Assembly: GCA_035389045.1 (NCBI GenBank)
Contig: DAOORA010000002.1
Location: 78,957-139,738 of the forward strand
Source of the DNA: Bacteroidales bacterium
GTDB taxonomy: Bacteria > Bacteroidota > Bacteroidia > Bacteroidales > CAIWKO01
Length of the DNA stretch: 60,782 nucleotides
Direction: 5' to 3'
The notes below the pieces were generated by a model that had not been told where the DNA came from, made no database searches, and saw only the letters and a list, made by a program, of their open reading frames with translations. The translations under genes and the position numbers were made by a program. This document shows, in pieces, positions 47,557 through 57,368 of the stretch (the first letter of the stretch is position 1; every line of letters begins with the position of its first letter).

Positions 47557-48606
47557 ATGACAGAAAAAGAACAAACACAAAACCGTACCGAATTATCGGA
47601 TCTTGGTGAATTCGGACTGATCGATCACCTGGCAGCAGATATAAAACTAAAAAACAAAACATCAGTAAAAGGGATCGGTGATGATGCGGCAGTAATAGAA
47701 AACGGAGACCTGTACACCCTCGTTTCCACGGATCTTTTAGTGGAAGGTGTGCATTTCGACCTCACCTACACTCCTTTGAAACATTTAGGATATAAGGCCG
47801 CTGTGGTCAATTTTTCGGACATCTGTGCTATGAATGGCACACCACAACAACTCACCGTCGGCATTGCCCTTTCCAATCGTTTTTCTGTCGAAGCCATCGA
47901 AGAGATTTATTCAGGCATCAAACTGGCCTGTGAAAAATATCATGTTGACCTGGTGGGCGGTGATACCACCTCGAGCAAATCCGGACTGTTTCTGTGCCTG
48001 ACCATTATCGGTATCGTCCCCAAGGACACGGTTGTATATCGGAATACAGCCAATGAAAACGACCTTGTCTGTGTCAGCGGAGACCTTGGAAGTGCATATG
48101 CAGGTTTGCTTTTACTCGAACGAGAAAAAGCAGGATTTATCGCTAATCCCAACATGCAACCCGATCTGGAAGGGTTTGACTATATACTCGAACGGCAGCT
48201 CAAACCTGAAGCAAGAATTGATATTATCAGCCTTTTTAAGGAACATGGCTTATTACCGACATCAATGATCGATATTTCAGACGGCCTGGCTTCCGACATG
48301 CTTCATATCTGTGAATCTTCAGGTAAAGGTTGTACCATTTATGAGGACAAAATCCCCGTGGACATGTCAACCATCCATTTGTGCGACAGCTTAAACATTG
48401 ATCCTACCACAGCAGCGCTGAACGGAGGAGAAGATTATGAACTGCTCTTTACGGTGGCACAGAAAGATTATGAATTACTGAAAAACTTTACCGAAGTAAG
48501 TATTATAGGATATATGACCGAAAAAAATTCAGGTGCCAGCCTGGTCACACGCAGCGGGCAGTTGGTACCCTTAACCGCACAGGGTTGGAATTCCTTCAGA
48601 AAATAA
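47557..48606 (+). CDS. thiL: Thiamine-monophosphate kinase
   Basis: LGEFGLI, GIGDDAAV, STDLLVEGVHF, NFSDICAMNG, GGDTT, MIDISDGLASD and GGEDYELLFT. Start placed at ATG 47557, just after the TACTTTTG box (47545-47552). Confidence 0.96.
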   Translation: MTEKEQTQNRTELSDLGEFGLIDHLAADIKLKNKTSVKGIGDDAAVIENGDLYTLVSTDLLVEGVHFDLTYTPLKHLGYKAAVVNFSDICAMNGTPQQLTVGIALSNRFSVEAIEEIYSGIKLACEKYHVDLVGGDTTSSKSGLFLCLTIIGIVPKDTVVYRNTANENDLVCVSGDLGSAYAGLLLLEREKAGFIANPNMQPDLEGFDYILERQLKPEARIDIISLFKEHGLLPTSMIDISDGLASDMLHICESSGKGCTIYEDKIPVDMSTIHLCDSLNIDPTTAALNGGEDYELLFTVAQKDYELLKNFTEVSIIGYMTEKNSGASLVTRSGQLVPLTAQGWNSFRK

Positions 48607-48639
48607 AAAAAGGAGCGGATTACATTTTGTTTGGTACGA

Positions 48640-49272
48640 CTAATCGTTGTAGTATTTAAAAGACCAGATGGCGGCAATGGTTCCGCAGACCACAAGGCTG
48701 GCCGCACTTCCTATCGCAGCATTTCTCAATTTTTTACGCCTGGCAACGTATTTAAAGCCTTCAACATAATACTCATCGTTGAGTTTTTCGGTTGGAAAGT
48801 ATTTTTTCGCCTTTGGCAATGTCGGCATAGCGGCAACTACGCCCACATAAGCAGCCGGAATAGCTACGCCCCACATACCAATGTTCAATAAGCCCACACC
48901 CGTAAAAGCCCCGATAGCAGAAGCCCAGGGGGCATGGTAACGATAACGGGCAAGGTTTTCACCGGCAACAAAACTCTGCATCTGATCCACCGTGAGCGGT
49001 TCTTCATCCGTAAGAAGCGGAGCATACAGTATTCTGCTGACACTGTCTTTATAAGTTATGGCAAAAACATCGGCGACCTGCAGATCCATGGTTTTTATCC
49101 TGCGCTTTTTTTGAATCTGAAATCTAAGGACGGTTTTGCTTTTATTGAATTCGACTATCTTTCCTTTATAATGTGTGCCGCTGTACATTATGATTGAATC
49201 CTGCGAAAACCCTTCAGTAATTACAAGTAGAAGGCAAAGAACAAAAATTAGTATTTCTTTGGGTAAATTCAT
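48640..49272 (-). CDS. Hypothetical exported/membrane protein (210 aa)
   Basis: Signal peptide ending GFS-Q, then QDSIIMYSG..YKGKIVE (a common Bacteroidota N-terminal pattern) and Gly/Ala-rich hydrophobic helices; TATATTTG box at 49293-49300. Confidence 0.7.
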   Translation of the reverse strand: MNLPKEILIFVLCLLLVITEGFSQDSIIMYSGTHYKGKIVEFNKSKTVLRFQIQKKRRIKTMDLQVADVFAITYKDSVSRILYAPLLTDEEPLTVDQMQSFVAGENLARYRYHAPWASAIGAFTGVGLLNIGMWGVAIPAAYVGVVAAMPTLPKAKKYFPTEKLNDEYYVEGFKYVARRKKLRNAAIGSAASLVVCGTIAAIWSFKYYND

Positions 49273-49385
49273 TACACTGTCAATATTTTGTACAAATATA
49301 AGCGCATTTTGCCAACTGGTTTTTCAAATTTTTGATTTTACAATTAAATGTTTTCCCAAATCATTATTTTTGTAAAAAACTATCC

Positions 49386-49751
49386 ATGAATATTAATTTA
49401 GGAAACGTTAAAAAAATTGTTGTGGTCGGAGACCGGGTACTTATAAAGAAAACCAGGACCAGCGACAGGACTAAAACCGGTTTACTGCTGCCGCCCGGGG
49501 TATCCGAAAAAGAAGATATTCAAAGTGGGTATGTGATCAAGACCGGGCCCGGATACCCTATCCCCTTCAGCCAGGAAGAGGAAGAAAGCTGGAAAGAAAA
49601 GGACGGAAAAATAAAATATATCCCGCTGCAGGCCAAAGAAGGCGACCTGGCAGTCTACCTGCAAAACCAGGCCTACGAAATTGATTTTAATAAAGAAAAA
49701 TACTACATCGTGCCGAATTCAGCCATATTATTGTTATACAGGGACGAATAG
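49386..49751 (+). CDS. Stand-alone GroES/Cpn10-family protein
   Basis: VVGDRVLIK...KTGLLLPP...GYVIKTGPG...EGDLAVY...YYIVPNSAILL. Start placed at ATG 49386, after the TATTTTTG box (49365-49372). No groEL adjacent. Confidence 0.85.
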   Translation: MNINLGNVKKIVVVGDRVLIKKTRTSDRTKTGLLLPPGVSEKEDIQSGYVIKTGPGYPIPFSQEEEESWKEKDGKIKYIPLQAKEGDLAVYLQNQAYEIDFNKEKYYIVPNSAILLLYRDE

Positions 49752-49770
49752 CAGATATTTCCGGCTTTTG

Positions 49771-52700
49771 TTATTTCGCTAACAGTTGTGCTTTCCTGAA
49801 CCTTTTGTTCGATTTTCGTCTTTGCATTTTTGCCCATATTTCGGCCAGTATCAAATACATGGCAGGCACTATCAGCAAGGTAAGTATGGTGGCAAAACTC
49901 AATCCGAAAATGATCGTCCACGACAGGCTCCTCCAGAACATCACATTATCGCCGCCAAAGAAGATGTGTGGGTTTAACTCGGTAAACAGGGAGATAAAAT
50001 CAAAATTCATCCCTATGGCAAGCGGCACCAGCCCCAGCATTGTTGCCGTTGCCGTGAGCAATACAGGCGTGATGCGGGTCTTACCTGCCTGTACAATGGC
50101 TTCCCTGGTTTTCATTCCTTTAGCCCGCAACAAATCCGCAAACTCCACGATCAAAATCCCGTTACGGACTACTATACCTCCCAGAGCCAATATGCCAATG
50201 CCCGTCATGATCACCGAAAACTCCATCCTGAAGATGATGATGCCCAGCAAAACGCCAATGATACTGAAAATCACCTCTGCCAGAATGATCAGTGTTTTGG
50301 AAACCGAATTGAATTGGGTGATCAGAATGAAAAATATCAAACCTAAAGCAATGATGGCACATTGCAGGAGGAAATTTATAGATTCCTTCATAAATTCTGT
50401 TTCCCCGGTCATCTTTATTTCGACGTTTTCATCTTTATGAAACAGCTCTGCTTCGTTTGATATGCGCCGGACAATTTCATTGGCGTTGTATCCCGGCAGC
50501 ACCTCCGAAGATATCGTGATCACCCGCTTGAAGTTTTTACGCTTAATACCTCCATACGAATTGGTATAATCCACTTTAACCAGCGATGACAAAGGTACCT
50601 GACGGGGCCAGAATGTAGACATATCGCGATAGGTGATCTTCTGATCGAGGATCCTGTTGAAGTCTTTTCGCTGTGCTTCAGTAACACGAACCATGATAGG
50701 AAATTCGTCCTCATCTTGTTTAAGTTTGGTAACTTCTTTCCCAAAAATCGCTGTGCGAAGCTCACTGCCGATCTGTCCGGCGGACAGGCCCTCACGATTG
50801 GCTCTCACCCTGTCGATATCAATAAGTATCTCCGGTTTGTTTTCCTCAAAATCCCATTTCAGCTCATCAATACCAGGTATTTGCAGCGAGTCGATATGAT
50901 TTTTGAATTTTTTGGCTGTTTCCACCAGCGAGATGATGTTTTCGCTGCTGATCTCAATATTCACCGGCTTACCCGTTGGAGGGCTGAGCTTGCTTTTCAC
51001 CACGGTGATCTGGGTTCCGGGAATGCCTTTCACCGCATCACGGATCTTTTCCACATAAGGATTTGTTTCTTCGCCATTACGGTGGCTGAACTCCACAAAG
51101 TTGACGGTAACTTTGCCTTTGTTGGGCGATGGAAAACGGTCAAAATCGAAATTCTCTCCGGCAATACCATTGGTAACATTAGCAATCACCGATTCCACTA
51201 TGGGATTATCATTACCTATGGCATCCCCTATCCTTTTTTCAACAATACGCGTCACCGAATCGGTCACCTTCTGGTCGGTTCCGACAGGCAGGGTAATCAT
51301 CACACTGATGGTATTGGGCTCATTATCCGCAAAAAACACAATCCTGGGAGGCCATACATACATCACCAGCAAGGTGAGTATCAATAAAACTACCGTACCG
51401 CCCAAAATGGCGTAGGGCCTTTTCCGGTAAAGAACAGCACGAATAAGTTTTTCATATTTTTCCATGACCCACGGCCAGGTTTTTTCCCTGAAATGCTTTA
51501 CAGAACGTTTTAATGCAAAAAAATACAATAAAACCATAAGATAGGCAAATATGATAAAATTGCCTATTCCCGGCCATTTTAGTAAATAAGCCAGTGTGGC
51601 AAACACAACAGTAATGACCCCGAAAACTATAGCCTTCTTTTTATCCACACGTCTTGCAGGCACATCATATTCGTGTTTCATGAATGACACGGCAAAAACA
51701 GGATTAATTATATATGCCACAAACAGTGATGCCAGCAGGACGATTACCAGGGTGACCGGTAAAAAATACATGAACTCGCCCACTATGCCGGGCCAGAAAA
51801 TCAAAGGGAAAAATGGCGCCAGGGTGGTGAGTGTTCCTGATAAAATAGGCACAAAAACCTCCCCTGCTGCCGACTTGGCTGCACGGGTTATATCGGGTTC
51901 AAAACGATGATGCCGATGGGTGTTTTCAATAACAACAATAGCGTCGTCGACAATAATACCCAGGGCAAAAACCAGCCCGAACATCACGATCATATTCATG
52001 GAGAAATCTATGCCCGGAAAAATCAGACAAGAAACAAATACAGATAAAGGAACAGAAAGCCCCACAAAAAAGGCGTTGGTAACCCCCATGAAAAACATCA
52101 GTAAAAACATGATCAGGATAAATCCGAAAATGATGGTGTTGTTCAGCTCGCCAAGCGTGCTCCGGGTATATTTTGATATATCACCCGTGGTGGTAACACT
52201 GAGATCGGGCGGAAAATCATTTTTTTTCAGATCTTCAATAATGTCATTGATCTTGTCGGAGCCTTCGATAAGGTTTTCGCCTCCCCTTTTTATTACGCTC
52301 AGGGTGACCACATTCTGACCGTTGAGTCGCGAAAAACTTTCCTGTTCCTTATAGCCGTCTTTAATATCGGCAATGTCTTTCAGGTAGATTTTTCCGCCGA
52401 TAGTGGATAAAAGCACAATATTTCCTATATCATCAATATTTTTAAATTCACCGGTGATACGGACATTGCGTTTCATACCGTCCATGCTGATCTCGCCGGC
52501 TGAAATCGTATGATTTTCATACGAAATTGCCTTTTCCACATCATACATGGAAACACCGGCGATCTGCATCTTGTACATATCAATGTTTACCTGGATTTCA
52601 CGATCCAGCGCCCCAACAATATCCACGCGTGTTATTTCCTTCAGTGATTCGATGCGGTCCTGAGCCATTTCGGCATATTTTTTAAGTCTTTCCAGATCAT

Positions 52701-53166
52701 AATTCCCTGAAATCTGTATGTTCATGATGGGCATTTCTGCAAAATCTATCTGTATGACTTCAGGATCTTTATAAAGATCGGTGGGCAACTGCGACTTAGC
52801 CTTATCAATGGCGTCGCGGACTTTCTGCTTGGCTTCGGCCTGATCTACGTTGGTATTGAATTCAATAATTATACTCGAAAAGTCCTGTACGGAAGTGCTG
52901 GAAACATTTTTTACGCTGGACACCGCTTTAAGCTGCTTTTCGATAGGACGGGTTACCAGGTTTTCCATGTCCGACGGCGAAGTGCCCGGGTAAATGGTGT
53001 TGACCATAATCGTGGGAATAACCACATCGGGCAGCTGCTCCTTAGGCAGCGACCGGTAATTAATAACGCCAAGTACCGTGATCAACGCTACCAGTACATA
53101 GATGCTTGATCTGTTATCAATAGCCCAGCTTGTTGCAAAAAACTCCTTGATCTTATTTTTTTTCAT
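49771..53166 (-). CDS. RND efflux transporter permease (AcrB/AcrD/AcrF family)
   Basis: YPGTSPSDMENLVTRPIEK, GIIVDDAIVVIEN proton-relay motif, RNGILIVEF and RITPVLLT; two large periplasmic loops and two hydrophobic TM bundles. Confidence 0.95.
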   Translation of the reverse strand: MKKNKIKEFFATSWAIDNRSSIYVLVALITVLGVINYRSLPKEQLPDVVIPTIMVNTIYPGTSPSDMENLVTRPIEKQLKAVSSVKNVSSTSVQDFSSIIIEFNTNVDQAEAKQKVRDAIDKAKSQLPTDLYKDPEVIQIDFAEMPIMNIQISGNYDLERLKKYAEMAQDRIESLKEITRVDIVGALDREIQVNIDMYKMQIAGVSMYDVEKAISYENHTISAGEISMDGMKRNVRITGEFKNIDDIGNIVLLSTIGGKIYLKDIADIKDGYKEQESFSRLNGQNVVTLSVIKRGGENLIEGSDKINDIIEDLKKNDFPPDLSVTTTGDISKYTRSTLGELNNTIIFGFILIMFLLMFFMGVTNAFFVGLSVPLSVFVSCLIFPGIDFSMNMIVMFGLVFALGIIVDDAIVVIENTHRHHRFEPDITRAAKSAAGEVFVPILSGTLTTLAPFFPLIFWPGIVGEFMYFLPVTLVIVLLASLFVAYIINPVFAVSFMKHEYDVPARRVDKKKAIVFGVITVVFATLAYLLKWPGIGNFIIFAYLMVLLYFFALKRSVKHFREKTWPWVMEKYEKLIRAVLYRKRPYAILGGTVVLLILTLLVMYVWPPRIVFFADNEPNTISVMITLPVGTDQKVTDSVTRIVEKRIGDAIGNDNPIVESVIANVTNGIAGENFDFDRFPSPNKGKVTVNFVEFSHRNGEETNPYVEKIRDAVKGIPGTQITVVKSKLSPPTGKPVNIEISSENIISLVETAKKFKNHIDSLQIPGIDELKWDFEENKPEILIDIDRVRANREGLSAGQIGSELRTAIFGKEVTKLKQDEDEFPIMVRVTEAQRKDFNRILDQKITYRDMSTFWPRQVPLSSLVKVDYTNSYGGIKRKNFKRVITISSEVLPGYNANEIVRRISNEAELFHKDENVEIKMTGETEFMKESINFLLQCAIIALGLIFFILITQFNSVSKTLIILAEVIFSIIGVLLGIIIFRMEFSVIMTGIGILALGGIVVRNGILIVEFADLLRAKGMKTREAIVQAGKTRITPVLLTATATMLGLVPLAIGMNFDFISLFTELNPHIFFGGDNVMFWRSLSWTIIFGLSFATILTLLIVPAMYLILAEIWAKMQRRKSNKRFRKAQLLAK

Positions 53167-53188
53167 TTTTATAGGTGCTACGGATGAA

Positions 53189-54292
53189 TCAGAATGTAAC
53201 TTTTTCGTTACCGTTTAGGTTGTTATATCCGGTTGTGATCAGCTTGTCGCCGGGTTTCAAACCGTTGAGGATCTGAATTTTGCCGTTATAGGTAATTCCG
53301 GTAGTCACTATCCGTTTTTGGGCAACCATCTCATTATTAATTTTTTCCGCAACAAAAACATATCGTTCATTCATGGACTTATGAATTAAATTCGCAGAAA
53401 TAACGATGGCATCCCGTGCCACGTAATCATTAATTTTTATTACGGCTATCATATTGGCGCGGAGTTCGTGATCGTCTATATCCGGGATGGCAGCTTCCAC
53501 AATAAAGGAGCGATTGAGCATATTGATGTATTTACTGGTAAAACTCAGCTTTGATGCTATCTCCTTACTGAAGTCAGGAAAATAGATGAGAACGCTGTCG
53601 CCGTTTTTCACTTTCGCGGAGTGGGCTTCGGCAACTTCCGCCACCACTTTTAACCTGTCGAAGTTCACCACCCTGAAGGTCGGGTAACCCGGCGAAATAG
53701 CCTGACCGACCTTTAAAGATATTTCTTCAACGGTGCCATTGATCGGGGAAGTTATGGTCGACAGGGCAATCTGATCCTTCATGGCCTGGATTTTATTTTC
53801 AAGGCTCTCCTTATTGTTCTTTGCCGTTAAATATTGTACTTCCGATCCAATTTTCTGATCCCAAAGATTTTTTTGCCGGATATACAGGTCGTTGACAAAC
53901 TCAAGCTGGGTTTCCATATCACGCAGGGTGGTATATAATATCTGGGCATCGAGTGTTGCAAGCAGCTGGCCTTTAGTGACCCGCTGACCTTCTTTAACAT
54001 CAATGCTTGAGATCACCCCCACATTCTTGGCGCTCACCGAAACATTATCATCGCCATCAACTTTTCCCTGTACTTCAAGATAATGCCTGAAGGTTTCCGG
54101 TTTTACCTCTGTTACCACCACGGGAACAATCTTTTTACCGGATTCCTGACTTATATCTTTCTCCAGTTCCTGAATCTGCAACGTGATCTTATCCCGTTCC
54201 GCCTTCAGTTTTTCGAGCCGCGACTTTTTATCGCCGCTTTGGCATGATGTAATCAATATCAGCACACTGATCACTAAGACTATTCTTTTCAT
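53189..54292 (-). CDS. RND efflux periplasmic adaptor (MFP), lipoprotein
   Basis: Lipobox LITSC; VKEGQRVTKGQLLA and ITSPINGTV lipoyl halves around a coiled-coil hairpin; GLKPGDKLITTG. ATG at 54292 preferred over TTG at 54307. Confidence 0.92.
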   Translation of the reverse strand: MKRIVLVISVLILITSCQSGDKKSRLEKLKAERDKITLQIQELEKDISQESGKKIVPVVVTEVKPETFRHYLEVQGKVDGDDNVSVSAKNVGVISSIDVKEGQRVTKGQLLATLDAQILYTTLRDMETQLEFVNDLYIRQKNLWDQKIGSEVQYLTAKNNKESLENKIQAMKDQIALSTITSPINGTVEEISLKVGQAISPGYPTFRVVNFDRLKVVAEVAEAHSAKVKNGDSVLIYFPDFSKEIASKLSFTSKYINMLNRSFIVEAAIPDIDDHELRANMIAVIKINDYVARDAIVISANLIHKSMNERYVFVAEKINNEMVAQKRIVTTGITYNGKIQILNGLKPGDKLITTGYNNLNGNEKVTF

Positions 54293-54310
54293 ATCACTTT
54301 TTTTCAATGT

Positions 54311-55717
54311 TTATAATGTGTTTAATGCTTTACTCAGGTTGGCGTATGTATCCAGCAGTTGCATCATGGTGTTGAGGTAAGTACCTTGCTGTGAGAGTAC
54401 CTGAAGGTAAGCCTGATTCAGATCCATCCCCGACGCCAGTCCTTCTTTGAATTTCGAATACGTTTTGTCGTAAATCTTTACGGACAGTTCGTAATTTTTC
54501 TTTTCGGTATAATACTGGTCACTGTATGTCCTGAGTAAGGATTTTGAGTTGTTAATATCGATCTTCAACCCGTCTTCCGCCTGCTTTAAGGTGATCCGGT
54601 GTTTTTCCAGGGCATACTTATCCTGCATAATCTTATAATGCTTTACACCTGAACTCCAGATAGGAATGCTGAGATGTGCACCAATAAGCGTTGTATTGTA
54701 CCATTTACCGTTATTAAAAAAGTTAAATTGTTCACGCAGTGCATTGGACTGAGTATTAAACATCACGGACATTGTCGGATAATAGGCTGACTGATCAATC
54801 TTTACGACCTGACTAAGCAAACTTTCCTGTTTTTTTAATAATTTGAAGTCAAAATGATTGTTTACATCAAACTGTTTATCGGCAATATTTGATGCGATGG
54901 CCTGATCGAGCAGGGTCATCAGGTTGTCTTTCAGCAATATCGGTTCGTCAATATCCATCCCCATCTGTAACTGTAGCAGGTCGGTTACCAAATCGATATT
55001 CCGGTCGGTCATCTCCATTTTATTTTTCAGGTTGGAAACCATGAGCGACAACTGTTCGACATCTGTTTCTTCAATAAAACCGTTGGCCTGAAATTGTTTG
55101 GTCTGTTCAAGTATCACGTTCATTTTGTTATAGGTGGAATCAAGAATGAGGCGGCTCTCCTGGGCTACCAGCACCACATAATAAGCCTGTGCCACAGACG
55201 ACTTGATCTCAATGAGCGATTTATCAACGGATGCCTTGCTCAGATCAACAAGCATGGCTGTAGCTTTAAGCCCCACAAAGAATATTCCGTCGAATACCAG
55301 TTGGGTTGCCGTTACGCCTGCGGACAGGTTATTCGTTGTACCAAACTGTACAGGGAGTTTTTCATCGCTGGCTGGTTTCATCTGATCAGGCTGTATCAGC
55401 CCATGTTGTACCAGGGACCCGTCAACAGCCGATGTAAGGATATCAGGCATCATCTGTGTCGGGAGCTTGTAATAATACTGATAGTTTACATTTGCACTGA
55501 TCTGCGGCAGCGCCAGCGAGATGTAACCTTTCCGCCGGGCAATGGTCGACTGGAGCTCAACGGCGGCGTTGCGCGCCTTATAGCCATGCACAACGGCATA
55601 ATCCATGGCTTCCTGCAGCGTAAAACTTTTAACCTCACCCTGCTGGGCATTCGACTGAAAAACGCAGAAAAATAAAATAAGTAAAACGGATGCTGCATGT
55701 AATATTTTCATTCTCAT
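54311..55717 (-). CDS. TolC-family outer-membrane efflux protein
   Basis: Signal peptide; FTLQEAMDYA, LPQISA, VAQAYY, LSIPIWS and FKEGLAS OEP patterns; operonic with the MFP and RND genes. Confidence 0.92.
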   Translation of the reverse strand: MRMKILHAASVLLILFFCVFQSNAQQGEVKSFTLQEAMDYAVVHGYKARNAAVELQSTIARRKGYISLALPQISANVNYQYYYKLPTQMMPDILTSAVDGSLVQHGLIQPDQMKPASDEKLPVQFGTTNNLSAGVTATQLVFDGIFFVGLKATAMLVDLSKASVDKSLIEIKSSVAQAYYVVLVAQESRLILDSTYNKMNVILEQTKQFQANGFIEETDVEQLSLMVSNLKNKMEMTDRNIDLVTDLLQLQMGMDIDEPILLKDNLMTLLDQAIASNIADKQFDVNNHFDFKLLKKQESLLSQVVKIDQSAYYPTMSVMFNTQSNALREQFNFFNNGKWYNTTLIGAHLSIPIWSSGVKHYKIMQDKYALEKHRITLKQAEDGLKIDINNSKSLLRTYSDQYYTEKKNYELSVKIYDKTYSKFKEGLASGMDLNQAYLQVLSQQGTYLNTMMQLLDTYANLSKALNTL

Positions 55718-55725
55718 TCGTAAGC

Positions 55726-56340
55726 TTATTTAATAGTGTGACTGATCTTTTTTTCAAAATATTCGATACCTTTTTTACTGGCGATCCCATGAAGGTGATA
55801 GGTGAACATATCGCCGAAAAGCTCGTTGGTTGTGTACTCGTAGCTTGAATTTAAATTGGATCCCAAAGAGGCTTCAATTTGATTAATGTAGATCTGAGCA
55901 ATAATATCTGAATTGATATCTGAACGATATAAACCCTCTTTAATTCCTCTTTCCAGATTGGCTTTCGCGCTGGCAAACATATATCCGCGTTTATAATCAA
56001 ATATTGACTTGAATACCGTAGGATAGTACTTCTGAAGATCGTAATGAATGGTCGGACTGAAATTTTTTAAAAATTCCATAGTAATCTGGCTGATCTCAAG
56101 CAAATGGTCTATGGCATTATTGCCATCATCCTTTTCGACTTCAAAAACAGTGCGGATTTTTAACATCTGAAACTCAAGGACCTTACTGACCAGGTCCGTT
56201 TTATCAGTAAAATACTCATATAGTGTTTTTTTGGAAATACCCAGCTCGCGGGCAACATCATCCATGGAAACACTCTTTATACCATATCTCTGGTATAAAT
56301 CCGAAACCTGCTGCAGAATTTTTGTGACTTTATCTTCCAT
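55726..56340 (-). CDS. TetR/AcrR-family transcriptional regulator
   Basis: HTH GIKSVSMDDVARELGISKKTLYEYFTDK; C-terminal GIKEGLYRSDIN; first gene of the efflux operon. Confidence 0.95.
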   Translation of the reverse strand: MEDKVTKILQQVSDLYQRYGIKSVSMDDVARELGISKKTLYEYFTDKTDLVSKVLEFQMLKIRTVFEVEKDDGNNAIDHLLEISQITMEFLKNFSPTIHYDLQKYYPTVFKSIFDYKRGYMFASAKANLERGIKEGLYRSDINSDIIAQIYINQIEASLGSNLNSSYEYTTNELFGDMFTYHLHGIASKKGIEYFEKKISHTIK

Positions 56341-56344
56341 GACG

Positions 56345-56394
56345 CAAAAGTAAACTAAAAAAACACCGGAAACGTTTTTGTTGTAAAAAGTTTT
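56345..56394 (-). promoter_or_regulatory. -7 box (TACTTTTG) and candidate TetR operator
   Basis: TAnnTTTG at 56345-56352, only 4 nt before the ATG; imperfect inverted repeat AAACGTTTTT-gttgt-AAAAAGTTTT at 56370-56394. Confidence 0.45.
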
Positions 56395-56411
56395 AAAGTT
56401 TTTTAGATGTT

Positions 56412-57113
56412 TTATTCTGGCCTGGAAATCAGCTCCATATCAAAAACTTCCGAAATTTTCTGCAGAAGGATTTTTTTTACGTCATCCATATTCACAGCGG
56501 TCCCGATTTCTTTTGATAAAGAGGTAACCGCTTTGTCGGTAAACCCGCACGGATTTATATGATTGAAATAATTCAGGTCGGTATTCACATTAAAAGCAAA
56601 ACCGTGCATACTCACGTAGCGGCTGGTGCGAACCCCTATGGCGCAGATCTTCCTTACGCCCGGCGTTTCAGGATCAAGCCATACGCCGGTGGCGCCGTCA
56701 AGACGTTCTGCCTTTATCCCGTAATATGCAAGAGTCTGTATGATGCTTTCTTCAAGCGAAAAAATATAGGTTTTTACGCCCAGCTTAAATTGTTCAAGAT
56801 CCAATATGGGATAACCTACAATCTGTCCCGGCCCGTGATAGGTGATGTCGCCCCCCCTGTTGGTCCGGTAAAAAACTGCATGTTGCGCCTGAAGCTGAAT
56901 ATAATTAACCAGCAGATTTTTTTCCGAGCCGCTTTTTCCCAGGGTGTAAACATGCGGATGTTCGCAAAAAAGGAGGTAATTATTCACCGTGTTTTTTTCC
57001 GGCAGGAGTTTACCGGTTTTATAATTGATGACCTCAGTGAATAAGCTTTCCTGGTAGTCCCATGCTTCTTTATAATCGATCAGTCCGAGGTCTTTGTAGT
57101 GTACCTTTGTCAT
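56412..57113 (-). CDS. lipB: Lipoyl(octanoyl) transferase
   Basis: LLFCEHPHVYTLGK, RGGDITYHGPGQIVGYPI, RKICAIG, HGFAFNV and INPCG. Start placed at ATG 57113 (MTKVHY), after the TAAATTTG box (57132-57139). Confidence 0.96.
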   Translation of the reverse strand: MTKVHYKDLGLIDYKEAWDYQESLFTEVINYKTGKLLPEKNTVNNYLLFCEHPHVYTLGKSGSEKNLLVNYIQLQAQHAVFYRTNRGGDITYHGPGQIVGYPILDLEQFKLGVKTYIFSLEESIIQTLAYYGIKAERLDGATGVWLDPETPGVRKICAIGVRTSRYVSMHGFAFNVNTDLNYFNHINPCGFTDKAVTSLSKEIGTAVNMDDVKKILLQKISEVFDMELISRPE

Positions 57114-57368
57114 ATTTTTGGAAATTGCCGGCAAATTTAGTAAAAACAAAAAACCACATTCTAATAACCGAAAATGTTTTTCCAGTTTCCGGTTTAGCTG
57201 CTCCAAAAAATAATTTTGCCCCGTACGCACTATTTTGCAACGCGTGCATTTATGCAAAAGTAAATGTCAATCATTTTTCTGTTTTACATTTCCAGTTCTG
57301 GCCGGAGCAACAATTTGCAATCTGAAGCAGCATACAATAATAAAGAAGTAATCGTAATATTTTCTGTG

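Noticed and set aside
49805..52318. Long + strand ORFs (211 and 223 aa) opposite the RND gene
   Set aside because: Antisense shadows of a well-conserved transporter, with no recognisable motifs.
49771..56340. Efflux cluster as an acquired resistance island
   Set aside because: This is an ordinary chromosomal TetR-TolC-MFP-RND arrangement with host-like composition and no mobility genes.
56412..57257. N-terminally extended ORF calls for lipB (also thiL 47503, rsmE 40493 and GroES-like 49332)
   Set aside because: The extensions run through promoter boxes or the upstream gene and lack family similarity. Downstream ATGs fit better.
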